Assembly (NCBI RefSeq): GCF_011745625.1
Contig: NW_027191452.1
Span: forward strand, 310,001-374,000
Direction of reading: 5' to 3'
Origin: Cladosporium halotolerans
Lineage: Eukaryota
Length of the DNA: 64,000 nt
Shown: one piece after another, positions 46,256-59,612 of the stretch
Layout: each line of letters starts with the position of its first letter
How positions within the stretch are numbered: the stretch's first letter is position 1
The notes under the pieces: model-generated
What the model saw: the letters and a program-made list of their open reading frames with translations, nothing else
Told to the model about the DNA's origin: nothing
The model's database searches: none
Made by a program: the position numbers and the translations under genes

Positions 46256-49200
46256 AAGCGCTTGTCGGACCTGCCTCAGAGAGCCGCGGCGGGGTGACGC
46301 TCGGGCTTGGTTCGGGCGGCGGAAGCTGCAGTGAGACATTGTCGCGGTCGGACACGAGGCGGGAATAATAGGAGAGGAAATCGATGGTTGTTTGCGAGGA
46401 CGCGTCCGTCGTGAGGGGTGCAGCGAGCGAATGCGGTCCAGATCCTGCTGGGAGGGCGATGACCTACCCTACGTGCCAGCGCTAGACGTTGGACTACACT
46501 GACTAGGAGAGTTTTGTGGTCGTTGTTTTGCGCCATCGGATCCACACACTGGAACGGCAGTCTGTTGTTGAGTCAATGGTTTTGTTCCTATTTCGTTGTC
46601 AGAACCCAATGCACCCCTGGACTTTGACGTCGTTCAAAGGCCGCGAAGTCTGGGTCGGCAGGTGAAAGCCAACCCTGACTCTTAGGGTTTACGGATCGGT
46701 TATGCCGGGGCTCGTCTATCTGGATTAGCATGGGTCTGGTAAGAGAGGGCTGTTACCTAGCTGTCGCCAGGAACGACACCTCGCCAATGCCAGGGATCGC
46801 AACGTGCGGTAGGGATTCAGGAGTTCTCGCGTCCTGCTCGCGTGCACGCGCGCCTGTGTGCATGCTTCGCTCGCTTCGTATTCAGTCTTCGAAAGGAGGG
46901 ATCGGTGAGTGGGCGGCCCTTCTCGAGCTCTGTTTGATGAGCTTAGCCAGGGTAGCCAGCCGCGCTGCCAATGCGCGGGCGGTTCCACTCTCCCGGTCGG
47001 TGGATTTCGATGCGCTGTTGGAGCAGGAGGCTTGTTAGCACCAGCCTACTGTCTGGCAGGTGGGGATTGCGACGGGGAGTCGGAGAGGTATGGGGAGATC
47101 AGAGGCGACAGGAGGGTCTACGGAGGCCGCCGTGCCGTTGTGGCAGATTGAGGAGCTGGTGGTGTATGTGGCGGCGACGGCGAGTGGAGCACTGGCGGTG
47201 GCGGCGGAGGCAGAGGCAGAGCCGCAAGCACAGCAGATGCGGTGGGCAGGCGTTGGCGATGGCGCGGCGGGCGGATGGCGGCGAGGTAAGGGTGCGCGGG
47301 CCGCAACCGGGGCAGACGCAGGCGCGACGTTTGATGTGTCGTGCATCGGGCCAGCGGTAGCGCGACGGCCAACCAAATGTTGGGCGAGCTGGGGTGGCTT
47401 CCGATGCGCTAGGAGGGTGCGTTTGGCTCCGTTGGCGCTACGACGAGACGGCCTCGACGGCATCGTGGACATGCGCTTTGCTGTACCGCACACGGCGGAG
47501 CCTGCGTTGCTAGAGCTGGACAAAGTTTTGCTGGTCTCGGTGGGAGCGGGAAGGGCGCGGCCTCCCTCGCGACGTGTCACCCGCACTTGGAGATGGTCGC
47601 ATCGCGGCTGAGTTGGACGGCCGCAGGCAGTAGCAGGCTTCCTCTGGTGCACGCACGACGAGGGTGCAGTGCGCAGATCGCAGAGTCTGCTGCTGCTCGC
47701 CTGGTGGTACGGTGCCTGGAGATGGCTCCGGCAGCGACGATCGTGCCAGACGAGAGCCGGCGACCGGCGTGGTGCGAGGCGGAGCGAGGCGTTGCAGGGT
47801 GCGTGTGGTGCGGTGGTGGGTGTGGTGCATGCGGTGCGTCACCGGGCGCGGTGGGCTGTGGTTGCGGGCTGCGGCGCGAGAGTGCGGCGTGGGCGGGTGC
47901 TCGCGAGACAGACGCCACGCCGCAGCGGCTGGCATGGAAGGGCAACGGCTGCTCCCACGCCTGGCGGTTCGCCGTACGCAGGGTGGCACGGATGGGTTTT
48001 GGGTTCCAGCTTGGCTGTCACCGGCGCACCAGCACCAGGCCGCGGGCCTCAGGCCTCCAGGGACCCGGCCGGCCGACGTCCCACCAAGCGACCAAGGGCA
48101 TGGAGGATCTGCCCTCCCAGCAGGAGCTGCTCGCGGGCGCGCATGCGCACTCAAACCCACCGCCCACTTCGCACGCACCCGGGCACCTCAGCCCGGCCAA
48201 CGCAGACCTGCCCGGCCTGCTCGGCCTGCTGGCGCGCGGCGGGCTTGTTCGGCGGCGCGCAAGGACGTCACGCCGTGGCCACGCCGCAGCCGCAACAAGC
48301 CTCATGGCTCGGCGCCCGCTCCGATATGCAGTGTGTGTAGCCTACTGTGCAGGACACGCACGCAGCGCCAGGTGCCAGCCGCGAGCAGCGAGGCCACGAT
48401 CGCATTCTCGACGCCCGCATGCGCAATGGCGTCGACGGCGTCTGCGAGCAAGCAGCGAGGCAGTCCACGCGTGCCTGCCCGGCCGCCCGCCTTCTCGCCT
48501 GCTTAGTGTCATGCTACATACAGCATGTACCCAGGCCAACGCGCCGCTGAGCCATCGCCGTCCAAGCCTCGCATCCTTGATCCTCCGCCGCTCCACCCTC
48601 GCGCGTGTCTGGCAACTCGCGCTGTGCGCCGCGGTTGTTTTGACTTTCGCCCTCCCGTCTGCGGCGCGCAACGCTCCCCCACCGCCCACCGCCCCCCCGG
48701 CCCCGCGTAGGCGGCCCAGCCTACGCTGGACGCTCGCCTGCCCGATGGCGCGATTGCAGCTCTCACAACGGCCTCTACCGCCAACCCTCGCCTCGCGCCC
48801 TCCCTGCCGCGTCTCCGCACGCGTTCCGTTTCGCCCGCAGCCCTATCTTGATCTCCTCCCACCTCGCCTCCTGCCAATCCCCTCCGCATCCCGCCTGCAG
48901 GGCCTCGGCGATCTCGCAGCTGTCGTGCCATCCGTGCCTGTCATGCACCTGTGCATCTGCCACCCTGGGGAAGGCCTGCGTGCAGCGTGCGTGCAGGGCG
49001 GGTGTCTCAAAACAACCACCTTCGCCGGAGCTGCCTCCTGTCGCCAACCTCGCCAGTCTCGACCGGGTCCTTAGATCCGGCTTCCCTTTCCAGCTGGCGG
49101 TGCAGGAGGGTTCGTGGGTGCGTGATGCGCGGGAGTCTGTCAGCCTCCCGAGAGCAGCGGCCCTGGCTCCACGTCTTGTCGCCGGCCCCTTCGCGCGTCT

Positions 49201-50027
49201 CACATGCGCTAATGCATTCGGCGACAGCCAAGCCGACGGTCCGAGAGTATCAACCACCACGGCAGCGCCCTTGGACCCCACGGCCCTTCGCGACCCTCTC
49301 GCTGCGCTCGACTTGCCTTCGGCAAGCTGATGTGGGTTGATTCTTAGACCTCGTCGAAACTCAGATTCTCCCCCAGGACGGCTCAAGGGTTCACTAACCA
49401 CTGCATGCATGCGCAAGCGGCGGGCATGCTCGCGACACCCCATCCGCGTCCAGGTCTCTCGAGATGATCAGTGCTCCACGCTTGTATCAGGCCCTGCCCG
49501 AGGGCCCTCGCCTCCTTCCCCGTCCGGCCAATCCAAGGGCAGGGCCGGCATCTGCCAATGGCGTCGAATACTACACCCCAAGCGGCATCGTCCATCCGCC
49601 GCTCAACGGTGGCGATCAGATGGGTGCTTGGGCCCTCGATCTTGTCCCACTGTGCGCGTTCCGGGTGACAGGTGGGCACCGGGAACTAAAAACACTTGCA
49701 GCATAACAGGATCTAAGTAAGCCGCTGCATGTGTGGCTCGCCTCCTAAAGCGCGATGCTGATGTTGAAGTACGCTCCAGGGCCCATGACTCCCATGTCTT
49801 TCCCTCTTACTCTTGCTCGTTAACACTATATCTTATGTCCCTTGTGTTTCATACCTACCAGCTATTGCATCCAGGCCCGCCCTAAGATTTCCACCGTTCA
49901 AGGGTGTTCAGCATCTGCGTTGACAACGTCGACGATACTGCACCTATATTCGATTCGAATCGTTACAGACACCACCCATATACACGTGTTGGTCCGTTGC
50001 GCTGCCAAAGCCTTCGATCGTTAGCCT

Positions 50028-51465
50028 ATGGCTTCAGTCGCCACCCTGGCTCGCCCGTATCAAGACTACGCCTTCGACTATGGCAGTCAAGGCCTCCCCC
50101 AGCAGCCAGCGGATCACGTTGCGGTGACGGCTGCTGAGTACGGCCAGCTCATGGCCGCGCAAAGCTTCCAACAACCGCAGTCGAATCCCTACATGCACTC
50201 GCCTGAACCGGCTACCCAAGCGTATCAGCAACATGGCATGGCCGCAGTCCTACCTTCTCATATCTCCGCGACGGAGGCTCCGTACGGCGTCGAGCAGGCT
50301 CACATGATGCCCGTTTCTCGACGTGTGTCACACGCCACCCCAGCATACGGCAGCCCTCACGAGAACATGCAATCACAACTCGCATATCAGCAGCAGCATC
50401 CGCAACAGCCGCAGCATTCGTCCGCCCGCAAACGATCTCACGCAGAGTTTTACGAGTACCCCGAGATGCACCACATGCACGCCTCCAGCGTGAGCTCGAG
50501 CGTCCACGTCCCCGTCGACATGACCCCGAACGGCCACCACGGCTCCATCTCCGCTCCGGCATATGCCTACGGTTCCGACATCTCACCCACACACTCTCCA
50601 TCAGGCCACAGCGTTTCGCATCACCACCACCGCCTCCCGAACCAGCCGCCGCCATCGAAATTCCACCGTACCGGCTACGGTGAGGAGATGTACACTGCCG
50701 CCGAAGACCACGGCCCTCCCTCTGTCGTGGGCCAGCCGGGCATGCCGGAGCCCGCAGCCAAACCCAAAGGCCCGAAGCTGAAGTTTACACCGGAAGACGA
50801 CGCGCTGCTGGTCGAACTGAAAGAGACGAAGAACTTGACGTGGAAGCAAATCGCAGACTTCTTCCCGGGAAGAAGCTCTGGCACGCTGCAGGTGCGGTAC
50901 TGCACCAAGCTCAAGGCCAAGACGATGGTGTGGACGGACGACATGGTGAGCACGAGCGCACGACTCGCCCCCTCGATAGCAGCATCACTAACGCACCTTC
51001 TCTCCCCAGCTCGACCGCCTCCGCCAGTCCCTCGAGGAATACGAACACGACCGCTGGCGCATCGTCTCCAGCAAAGTCGGCAACGGCTTCTCGGCCGCAG
51101 CCTGCAAGGAGAAGATCGACGAGCTCAACGGCGTCCCCATCGAGCGCCGCTCGCCCGTCGCCGGCGACGAGCCCCTCGACTCCATGCCCGCCAGCGCCAT
51201 CGGCGACGACGACGCCTCGCAGTCCTTCGACAAGTACGAGAACTCGCTGTCCGTCCACTCGCAGTCTTTCGACGGTTCCATGTCCCAGGCTGCTGCTGCT
51301 ATCGCCGCCGAGCACCCCCAGCAGCAGCCGTACGAGAGCGCCCTGCCGCCCCACCAGCAGTCTATGGCTGACCCGCGCCGCTTGTCGGACCACCATCCGT
51401 ACGAGAGTGCTCTGCCACCGCATCATCAGCAGCAGATGAACAACCGTATTTCCGAAGTCGCTTGA
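50028..51465 (+). CDS. Myb-domain transcription factor B; exons 50028-50945, 51010-51465
   Basis: KFTPEDDALLVELKETKNLTWKQIADFFPGRSSGTLQVRYCTKLKAK...WTDDM|LDRLRQSLEEYEHDRWRIVSSKVGNGFSAAACKEK; Q/H/P-rich N-terminus. Confidence 0.9.
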
Positions 51466-53797
51466 ATTGCGTAAGCGGTTGGTCGGTGGCTAGACTGCGC
51501 ATCACTCGACGTAGACTGGCTCCGAGGACTCCTGCACTCGGGCCAAAGCTCCTCGACCAAGCTCCTCGCCGACGATCGTCCCGCCTCTGCGCGGCGTGAC
51601 TCGCCGCTCATCGACCTCGATTGCAAAGGTCAACACGATGGCTCTCAACGTCCCTCGCAACAGGCCCGGCGGCTAGGCAGCTCAACTCGACGGCGAGCGT
51701 CCCCGCAACGCAGGCTCGCCCCCCCGTTTCTGCTGACAAAGGAATTACGTAAGGCTCGCGGTCGGACGGCGAGGTCGATGGGCTCTCGGACGTGCGGCAT
51801 GGTGGTGCCATGGTACTAGTGCCGCAGGATGGCGTGTGGCAGTGCGAAGAAGTAAGATTGAAAATGATACCCAGGGTAATGGCAACGGCAACGGTAACGA
51901 CAACGGTGAAAATACGGTCGCAGAAGCATGGATGGCGCTATTGGATTTTGGGGGGGTTCAGGGTTTGCAGGTGTCATGAGCAAAGCGGCAGGAATGGAGT
52001 TATTTGGCCTTGGAATCTTTTTGGGCTACGGTCTTGGGGATTGGGAGAGAGGGATGGCACGCATATCACGCTCGCACGCTGGATGAAATTTTATCGCGCA
52101 CACGAAGAAAAGAATGGACGACACGATCGCTGGGGATCGAACGTAGCTCGCTTAGTAATCGCATTTCGTTTCCCGAGAGTCAGCGCTGTCATGATTATTA
52201 GCTGTGCGGTTGAGTGGTCTGGACGTCGCTGCGCCTTGGAGGAGCTGGCGTCAGCGAGGGGATCGTTCGTTCGCTGGGCGCGAAGATTTTCTCGGGAGCG
52301 TCGCGGACTGGCGAGCGCCCGTGGCGGTCGCTCTTTGGCCGAAGTTCTCTCCCCCACGTGAGGTGGACTTCAGACGTCCAGTGTGCCTGGTGCATGGTGG
52401 GGGATACGGAGACGGGAGATTCAGAGTCACGCGAGTGACAGTGCTCATGAGCCGTTACCGTTTGTTGGCTGCGTTTGTTGACGATTCTGGTGCGCAAGAA
52501 CACTGTTCGTCTGTGTCGGATCTTTCGACGCCCAATTCAGGGCGTCGGCTACCGGCTACCTACGCGCAATCTGTCAAGCGAAGGTCGCGCTCTCGAGCGC
52601 ATGGTAGCTGAGGCTTGCGAAAGCATGTCCCTGATTGTAACTGGGGCTTACGAAACCATGCTGTGATTCCTTCAATCGGACGATCCTCACCATTTCGAGG
52701 TATCCAACATCAAGCGCTCCTTCATCGCAGCCGGTTGCTGAGCAGGTTGCGAGTAAACCTCCAGGCCATCCGTGGTTGAAGAGCTGTGCTCAGGGCCGTA
52801 CCAACGGCCTCAGTCGGGGTCCCATCGAGGCCGCGCAGCTTGATCAGTCGTGTTGCGCAGCGCGCGAGAGAGCGAACCACTGAGTCAGCGGGCGATGGTT
52901 GGTCGTTGCAGTTTGCTTTCAGCCGCAAGCCACACCCTGCACTCAAAAGAACGCTAAAGCGGGGCGGGCCGTTGAATCCCGTCGGTTCCCGCTTTCCGTC
53001 CTCCACTTCGTTCCACGGTACCGTTGCACGAGGGCGCGTGTGCGCATCTCTATCCTGACTTCTCCCTTACGCTCGCCGGAGGCATTTTGCTGCATTGAAG
53101 AGCTCGCGTCACTTTTCTCCTGTCAAAATGAAATGCGAGATGATCGCGGTAAATTTGCGCTCATGTGGCCCGCGGCATGAGCGAAAAGAAGTAGGGGAGC
53201 TGGTCATGATAGGACAATCACACGACCACAGTGTAGGACACGCATGACTAAGCTCTGTACAAACAGCTATCAGTGTCTTCACATTCTGGTGCGTGGAGCT
53301 ATGTCCTCCATCCACTCCATCCACTCGCGCTTCGACGGTCGCCTGCACCGGATTTCGGCGAACAAAATTGCGTTGCGATGAGGGTTGGACCGTCGGCAGC
53401 ATGGAGAATTGTCATTTCCCCGTCTCGTCCGGCGATGCTGCGCTGACGACGGGAGCTCACGATGCGCGGCATACTCTCTGCCGCCAATGGAGTAAGCAAT
53501 ATTGGGATCAATGCCTCTTCACGCTCAAAACTTTATTGCTCGCTCGACAACACCAAGAGCACCATGGCTTCCCGATGCAGTTTCCCCTCTCCAAGAAACT
53601 TTTGACAGTCTTTTCGTGTTCTATAAAAATCTGGGTGTTCTCTCACCAAGCTGCGGTTTCGTCACAGAATCCTTTGGTCTCTGCGAATACTCCCACACCT
53701 GGATTTGGTCTCCCCTAACGCAGCATTGCATCTGCAAAACCACTACAACCCCTAGCATCACGACATCAACAACGCACATCTTCGATCCAACTTCAAG

Positions 53798-54852
53798 ATG
53801 GGTTCCTCCACTAGGGCAAGTCAAAAAAAGACGCCGGGCAACGCCATCGACGAGCACATGAAACCTTCCAAGCGCACCGGCCGTGCGAAGCAAAACGACA
53901 CCGATCTCAAAAATGGTGGCAAGCTCTGGACTCCAGAGCAGGTTCGTTTATCTGCGCATTGTCTTAGCTTCTATCCAGGTGCTGACCGACCACGCAGGTT
54001 CAATACTTGGTTGAGCTGCGCTCCACGAACCCGCCTACTTTGTATAGGGTAATTGCGCTTGAGGTTGGCAAAACCAACGTCGCTTGCCGCGTCCGCTACT
54101 TTAAGGAAAAGCCCGAGGAAGCGAAGAAGGCGAAGGCTCTTGCCGAGAGCAGAAAGGCCGCAAAGTCTGCAATTCCTCGGCCTGAGCCCACGCCCAGCTC
54201 CATGTCACCAAGCCCTCGCAGGCAGTCGACTTCGTCTCCTCCTCTGCGAGTGATTGCTCCTGCCCCTACTACCCCTCTCGTCGTACAGACAACTCCAATC
54301 ACGCAGACACCTGTTGGATGGCGGCCTGCCAGCGGCTCCTGGGGCAGCTTCCGTCATGCAGAGCCCGAAGCCATCAGGCCGCCCCTCACCCCAGATAGTG
54401 AGTCTGTTGGGAAGTCCAGGTCGACGAGCCCCTCAACCCCCATGACTCCTATGACCCCGGCCGAGCTTGCCGCCTATGAGCGTGGTGTCGAGGTAGGCCG
54501 CCGTGCAGCCGCTGCGAATGCGACACCGCCCACGCGCACCCTCGCCGAGCCAAAGCCCTCCGTCCACATGACTAGCGATCGGTGAGTAGCCACGGCACTG
54601 AGCCCACGCGGTATTTCCACTTTCTAACACACTCACAGCATGGACATCTTCCGCGCTGAGCAGATGAGCTACTTCTCCAAGGTCCCCGACCCTCCTGCTC
54701 GCAGCCTTCTCCACGGTCCAAGTCAAACTGAGAAAGCCTTCGATGCCGCTCGGGTGCTCACCAACCTCAGTACGCTCTCGATTCGTCCGTTGGCGGAGTC
54801 GGCGTTCACCTCGCGCGGAACGTCCAACGCCGTTCCGCCGCCCAGGAAGTAA
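53798..54852 (+). CDS. Divergent Myb/SANT-like protein C; exons 53798-53941, 53998-54581, 54639-54852
   Basis: Two canonical introns join three ORFs. KLWTPEQ|VQYLVELR...YRVIALEVGKTNVACRVRY resembles one Myb repeat, followed by a P/S/T-rich region. Confidence 0.7.
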
Positions 54853-56438
54853 GAAGGCGAAGCCTTCTCGCCAACTGAAGGGATCGCTTCGACGTGTGCA
54901 TTCGTGCTTGCGCTGAGTGAGTGTCCGGGTCCTGTCCTTACCGCTGCGCTGGTCGTCGCCTTGCACCGGCGTCTTGCTTGTGCTAATCATACACTTGGAT
55001 CCTGTCTTTCCTATCTTCGTGTGAGCATCGCTGAACACCAGCATCATGCTTGTGCTAAGCGCATGCTCTGGTCCCGTCTTTGCCACATGAACGTTGGCAT
55101 GCCCCACGCCTGCCGTGGAGTTGCTGAAAAAGTTTTGCTTTGTGATCCGATCTTGATGGATTTAGCTTTGGGTTTGGGGGTCAAGGTCTTCCGATTGGCT
55201 GTCCATCCGAGATGCAGCATCCGCGCTCTGCGAGTTGCAATGATGCTATTTCTCGGGTTGGACGCTCGATCAGGTCGATCGACTGGCGTTGCGATGGTGG
55301 ATGATACCCGCAAGGTGGTACTTGGAGTTATCTGACATTATCTCAATGGAAATGAGTTACTAAAAAGACGGTCCCTCCAGACTAGTCGGCGAAAGTGATG
55401 TTCTCAGTATGGGTGAGAGGATTTCGAAGATGGTTGAAAGAAGTCAGCGACTTCGCCCCGGATGCACCGAGAGCGGAGAAATCCTGGACAGAGACAACAA
55501 GCTCAGCCGATCATCTCCTTTGTCATCGACACATAGCTTGACTATTGCCACGTGCGAAAGGCTTGGGCCGTCCTGCAATCAACGATGTTTGCCGTGACTG
55601 ACGGAGATATGGCCGTCGGCGAACGCAATGCGGCATGCAACGTCTAGCTTGAGATGCGTGCATATAGTGACATCCTCCCATTTACCTGGCGATCCGCAAG
55701 GTCCGACATACCCGCCCGACATGCGGGTAGCTTCTGGGACGAAAAGGCGTTGAAGGGTGAGCCTTATCTTTGTCGCTGATATGCCCCGACGCCGCTTCAA
55801 GTTGAGATTTCGGCCGCCAGCACGCAGAATGCACGAATGTCGATGTTTAACCGCACAAGATTGACATACTATTTGTCCTCAGGATCGATCTTTCTTGTGT
55901 GATTTTTATGCCGGCTAAAGGTCGTTCGCGAGATCAACATGTCGACCTGGTCTTGGCGCTGTCTCCGAGCTTATCTCCGCATGTCCAACCCCAGACCTCT
56001 GTTCCCTATCTCGACCTCTGCCTATCTGCACACTCCTACACCAGCTGCTGCTTTAGGCAAAGGCGTCGGCGATCTTGCCGTGGAAATGCATCATCACGCT
56101 CGCGGCATTCATCGTCGCACCAAAGTCGGCACGATCCCAGCCGCAGCAGCGAGTTGCGTTCTGATAGTACTCTTGGGCAATGACAGATCAGGCCAATCAA
56201 TGCGGTTGCTTGTTTGTCATCTGTGAGTTTGTCGCGTCTAATCGCGATAGCTCAGTCCTTGTGTAGTCTTCGAGATCGTGGGGATCTCCACTTTCCATGT
56301 GGCGGAGTCGATGATGGCGAGCATCTTTGAACGACTTATAGAGCGAGCACCCTGTCGCAATGGAGGATCAAAGCATAGTGGTAGTCCGCAATCGCCTCTC
56401 TTTTTCCTGGCAACGCATTCAATCAAGCGCTGATCAAT

Positions 56439-58338
56439 ATGAATACCTCGGACGACAAGAAGGACATTGAGGCTTCTGCCCGAGACTCTAGCCCCGACCA
56501 CGCCGTTGGAGAAGTCAAGAATATCAAGCACAACAAAAACCAGGATGCGGCTCTCGATTTTCTCCGTAGCGAGGCCGAGGTGCGGCCTATGTCGCCGGCG
56601 GATGAGAAGAGACTGCTGCGGAAGATCGATTGGCGCGTCATACCGTTGATGTTTGGCTGCTACACACTTCGTACGTCTATATGGAAAAGGGCATGGCCGC
56701 CGGCCGCTGCAGTAGCCCTGGATCGCTGACAAACTGTTGTTTTCAGAGTATTTGGACAAGACTCTCATCAACTACGCCAACGTCATGGGTCTCCAAGAGG
56801 ATGCAAACATCACCGGAGGACAGTTCAGCTTGCTGGCTATGATCTTTCATGTCAGCTACCTGGGATGCGAATTTCCTCATGCGTACGGCATGCAGGCTTT
56901 GCCAACCGCAAAGTATCTGGGCGCTATGGTCTGCTTTGTGAGTCGTCCCTCTAGGTCATTTGCAATCGCGATATCGGGGCAGGGATAACTGACATTTGCT
57001 AAGTGGGGTCTCATCGTATGCGTAACTTGCGCAGCAAAGAACTGGGCTGGCCTCGTCACCACTAGAGTCCTTTTGGGCGTTTTCGAGAGCGCTGTTGCTC
57101 CCAGTCTGATGCTTATCACGACCATGTGGTACAAGGTGCGTGCAATTGCGGACCGAGTTGTCGGATTGTGCTAATATCTGGTCAAGCGTTCCGAGCAGCC
57201 CTACCGTGTGGGCATCTGGTAAGAATAAAACCACCCGATCGTTGCTGGAGAACGTGCTGACCGAATCAGGTACATCGGCGTGGGTGTGGGAACTATGGGC
57301 GGCTCACTCATGAGCTTCGGTTTCCAGCACTATGACAGTAGCACCTTCACCAGCTGGCAAATCCTCTTCTTGGTAGTCGGCCTTATCACCATTAGCGTTG
57401 GCGCGCTGGTGATATTCTTCCTACCCGACAGCCCAATGCGCTGCAAGTTCCTCACGCACGAAGAGAAAGTCTGGACCATCGAAAGACTCCGAGCCAACCA
57501 GACCGGTATCGAAAATAAGACCGTGAAACCTGAGCAGATCCTGGAGTGCTTTATGGACCCGCAGACCTGGCTCCTGTCTCTGATCATGATATCCGCAAAT
57601 GTCCCTAACGGCGCTGTCTCCAGCTATCAGGCCACAATCATCAAAGGATTCGGGTATGACAGCAAGACGGTAGCCCTGCTGCAGCTTCCTTCCGGTGCGG
57701 TTGCCATTGTTTCTGTTTTGATCGCGACTTGGCTCGCTGGTCGCTACGAGCAGCGTGGCTTGAACGTAGTCGCTATCCTCTGCCCTGGTATTTTGGGAGG
57801 CTGTCTCCTGTCGTTTCTGCCAGACGACAACAAAGTTGGACTGTTGATTGGCAACTACCTCACCAACTGTATCGGTTCGACGATCCCGCTGCTCTACAGC
57901 TGGGTAGGAGCAAACTATGCTGGACACACCAAGAAGGTATGAAGTCTGCCTGTATTCATATTCATGGTCCTTTTCTGACATTCGGCCATAGACAACCATG
58001 AACGCCACGCTTCTGAGTAAGTCAATGCACTTAGTTGCTCTTGCTAGTCATGGTTGACGCATTACTGACCCCGAACAGTCTCGTTTTGTCTCGGTAACAT
58101 TATCGGACCGCTCACCTTCACCGAGCAGAGTGCACCAGATTACATCCCAGCCAAGATTACTATCGTCGTCACTTGCGCATTCGCTGCAGTGCTGGCCCTC
58201 ATTTTGAGATGTTACTATATGTGGGAGAACAAGAGACGCGACAACATGGCTGACCAGGGTGTTCTCGGCCATCTCCAAGACATTGAGTTCGCTGACGTGA
58301 CGGACCGCAAGAACAAGGAATTCAGGTACAGGTTGTAG
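56439..58338 (+). CDS. Dal5/allantoate-permease-family (anion:cation symporter) MFS transporter; exons 56439-56670, 56747-56937, 57004-57135, 57187-57218, 57270-57936, 57992-58016, 58079-58338
   Basis: LLRKIDWRVIP, QYLDK, RVLLGVFES, WYKRSEQPYR, FLPDSP, NYAGHTKK, GNIIGP, DVTDRKNKEFRY; six introns restore the frame. Confidence 0.92.
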
Positions 58339-58420
58339 GCAACGACGGATCTTCATTCATAGTAATCATAGGAGCAATTCAGTCTTACGAACGAAAACTC
58401 TCAACACACCTGCATGCTTC

Positions 58421-59526
58421 CTACTTGCGAGCCTTGATGCCCTTGAGGAAGCCGTCGTACGCGGGCTTCTTCTTCAGGTTCTCGTCCCACAGAAGAGCAG
58501 CACCTTCGCCAGGGAAGACGCCAGGGATCCAGGAGAAGGCGTCCGAGATGCCCCAGACGGTCATGCCGATGCACCTCTTGACGGCGAGGCAGCTCTTAGC
58601 AACAGTCTCGTAGGCCTTGGCCTGCGCGCGGAGCTTCTCGGGGGTGGCCGGGGTGTTCATGCGGATGTCAATCTCAGTGTAGACAACGTCGACGTCGAGC
58701 TGGGTGTAGCCGCGGAGGACGGTCTCGAGAGTCTTCTGGTCGGGCAGCGGACCGGCGGTGGGAGTGGTCTCCTGGGCAAGGTGGGCCTGGAGGCCGACGC
58801 CGTTGATCTCGACGCCGTAGCTCTGGACGAGCTTGACGATGCGCTGGGCGCCGAGGGTCTTGTTGCCGTTGTACTCGAGGTTGTAGTCGTTGTAGAAGAG
58901 CTCGGACTTGGGCGAGGCTTGCTTGGCGAAGCGGAAGGCGATGGGGATGAAGGCCTCGCCGATGGTGTTGTAGAAGACGGAAGAGCGGTAGGTGCCGTCC
59001 TCGTTCAGGGCCTCGTTGACGACGTCCCAGCGCGTGCAGACGTCCTTGTAGCGGCCGGCGACCTTGAAGATGTGGTTCTTCATGATGGAGATCAGGGTGG
59101 CGTTGTCAAAGCCGCCCTGCGAGACCCATGTCGGGAGCTGGCTGTGCCAGACCAGAGTGTGGCAGTGGATCTCCTTCTTATTCTTCTTGGCCCAATCCCT
59201 GTAGCGGTCGGCGTCGTCGAAGGTGAAGTTGTTACGCCCGGGCTCAATGGACTCCCACTTCATGGAGTTCTCGGGGGTGAAGCTAATGGAAATGTCAGCG
59301 ACACGAAATCGACAAATGTTGCGCGCACACAAACTGACGAGTTGAAGTCCGCAGGGTTGCGGGCAATAGCCTCCTCGGTCGCGTTGCCACGAAGAGTCAA
59401 AGCAGTTCCAATGAACTCCCTTCCGCGCTCTTTCATCGCATCAGCCAGACCTTTGGGGCCTTTCGGCGGCATGGCGAAGGCCGAGCCGGCCAGAGCGAGG
59501 GTCGTGAGCAGCTGAGTGAAATGCAT
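58421..59526 (-). CDS. Secreted GH10 endo-1,4-beta-xylanase; intron 59338-59283
   Basis: Signal peptide; TPENSMKW, HTLVWHSQLP, WDVVNE (acid/base), YNDYN, GLQAH, YTEIDI (nucleophile), TVWG. Confidence 0.95.
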
Positions 59527-59612
59527 CGTATCGGTGTAGCGAGCGTTGCTGATGAGCTAGAAACGGTCCCATGGTGACGGACTCCAAGCATACTTATACC
59601 ACAAGCTCTAGC

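Noticed and set aside
47587..49074. 495-aa ORF and overlapping ORFs between Myb A and Myb B
   Set aside because: Non-ATG start, low-complexity Arg/Ala/Pro/Cys content, no domain; a product of very high GC.
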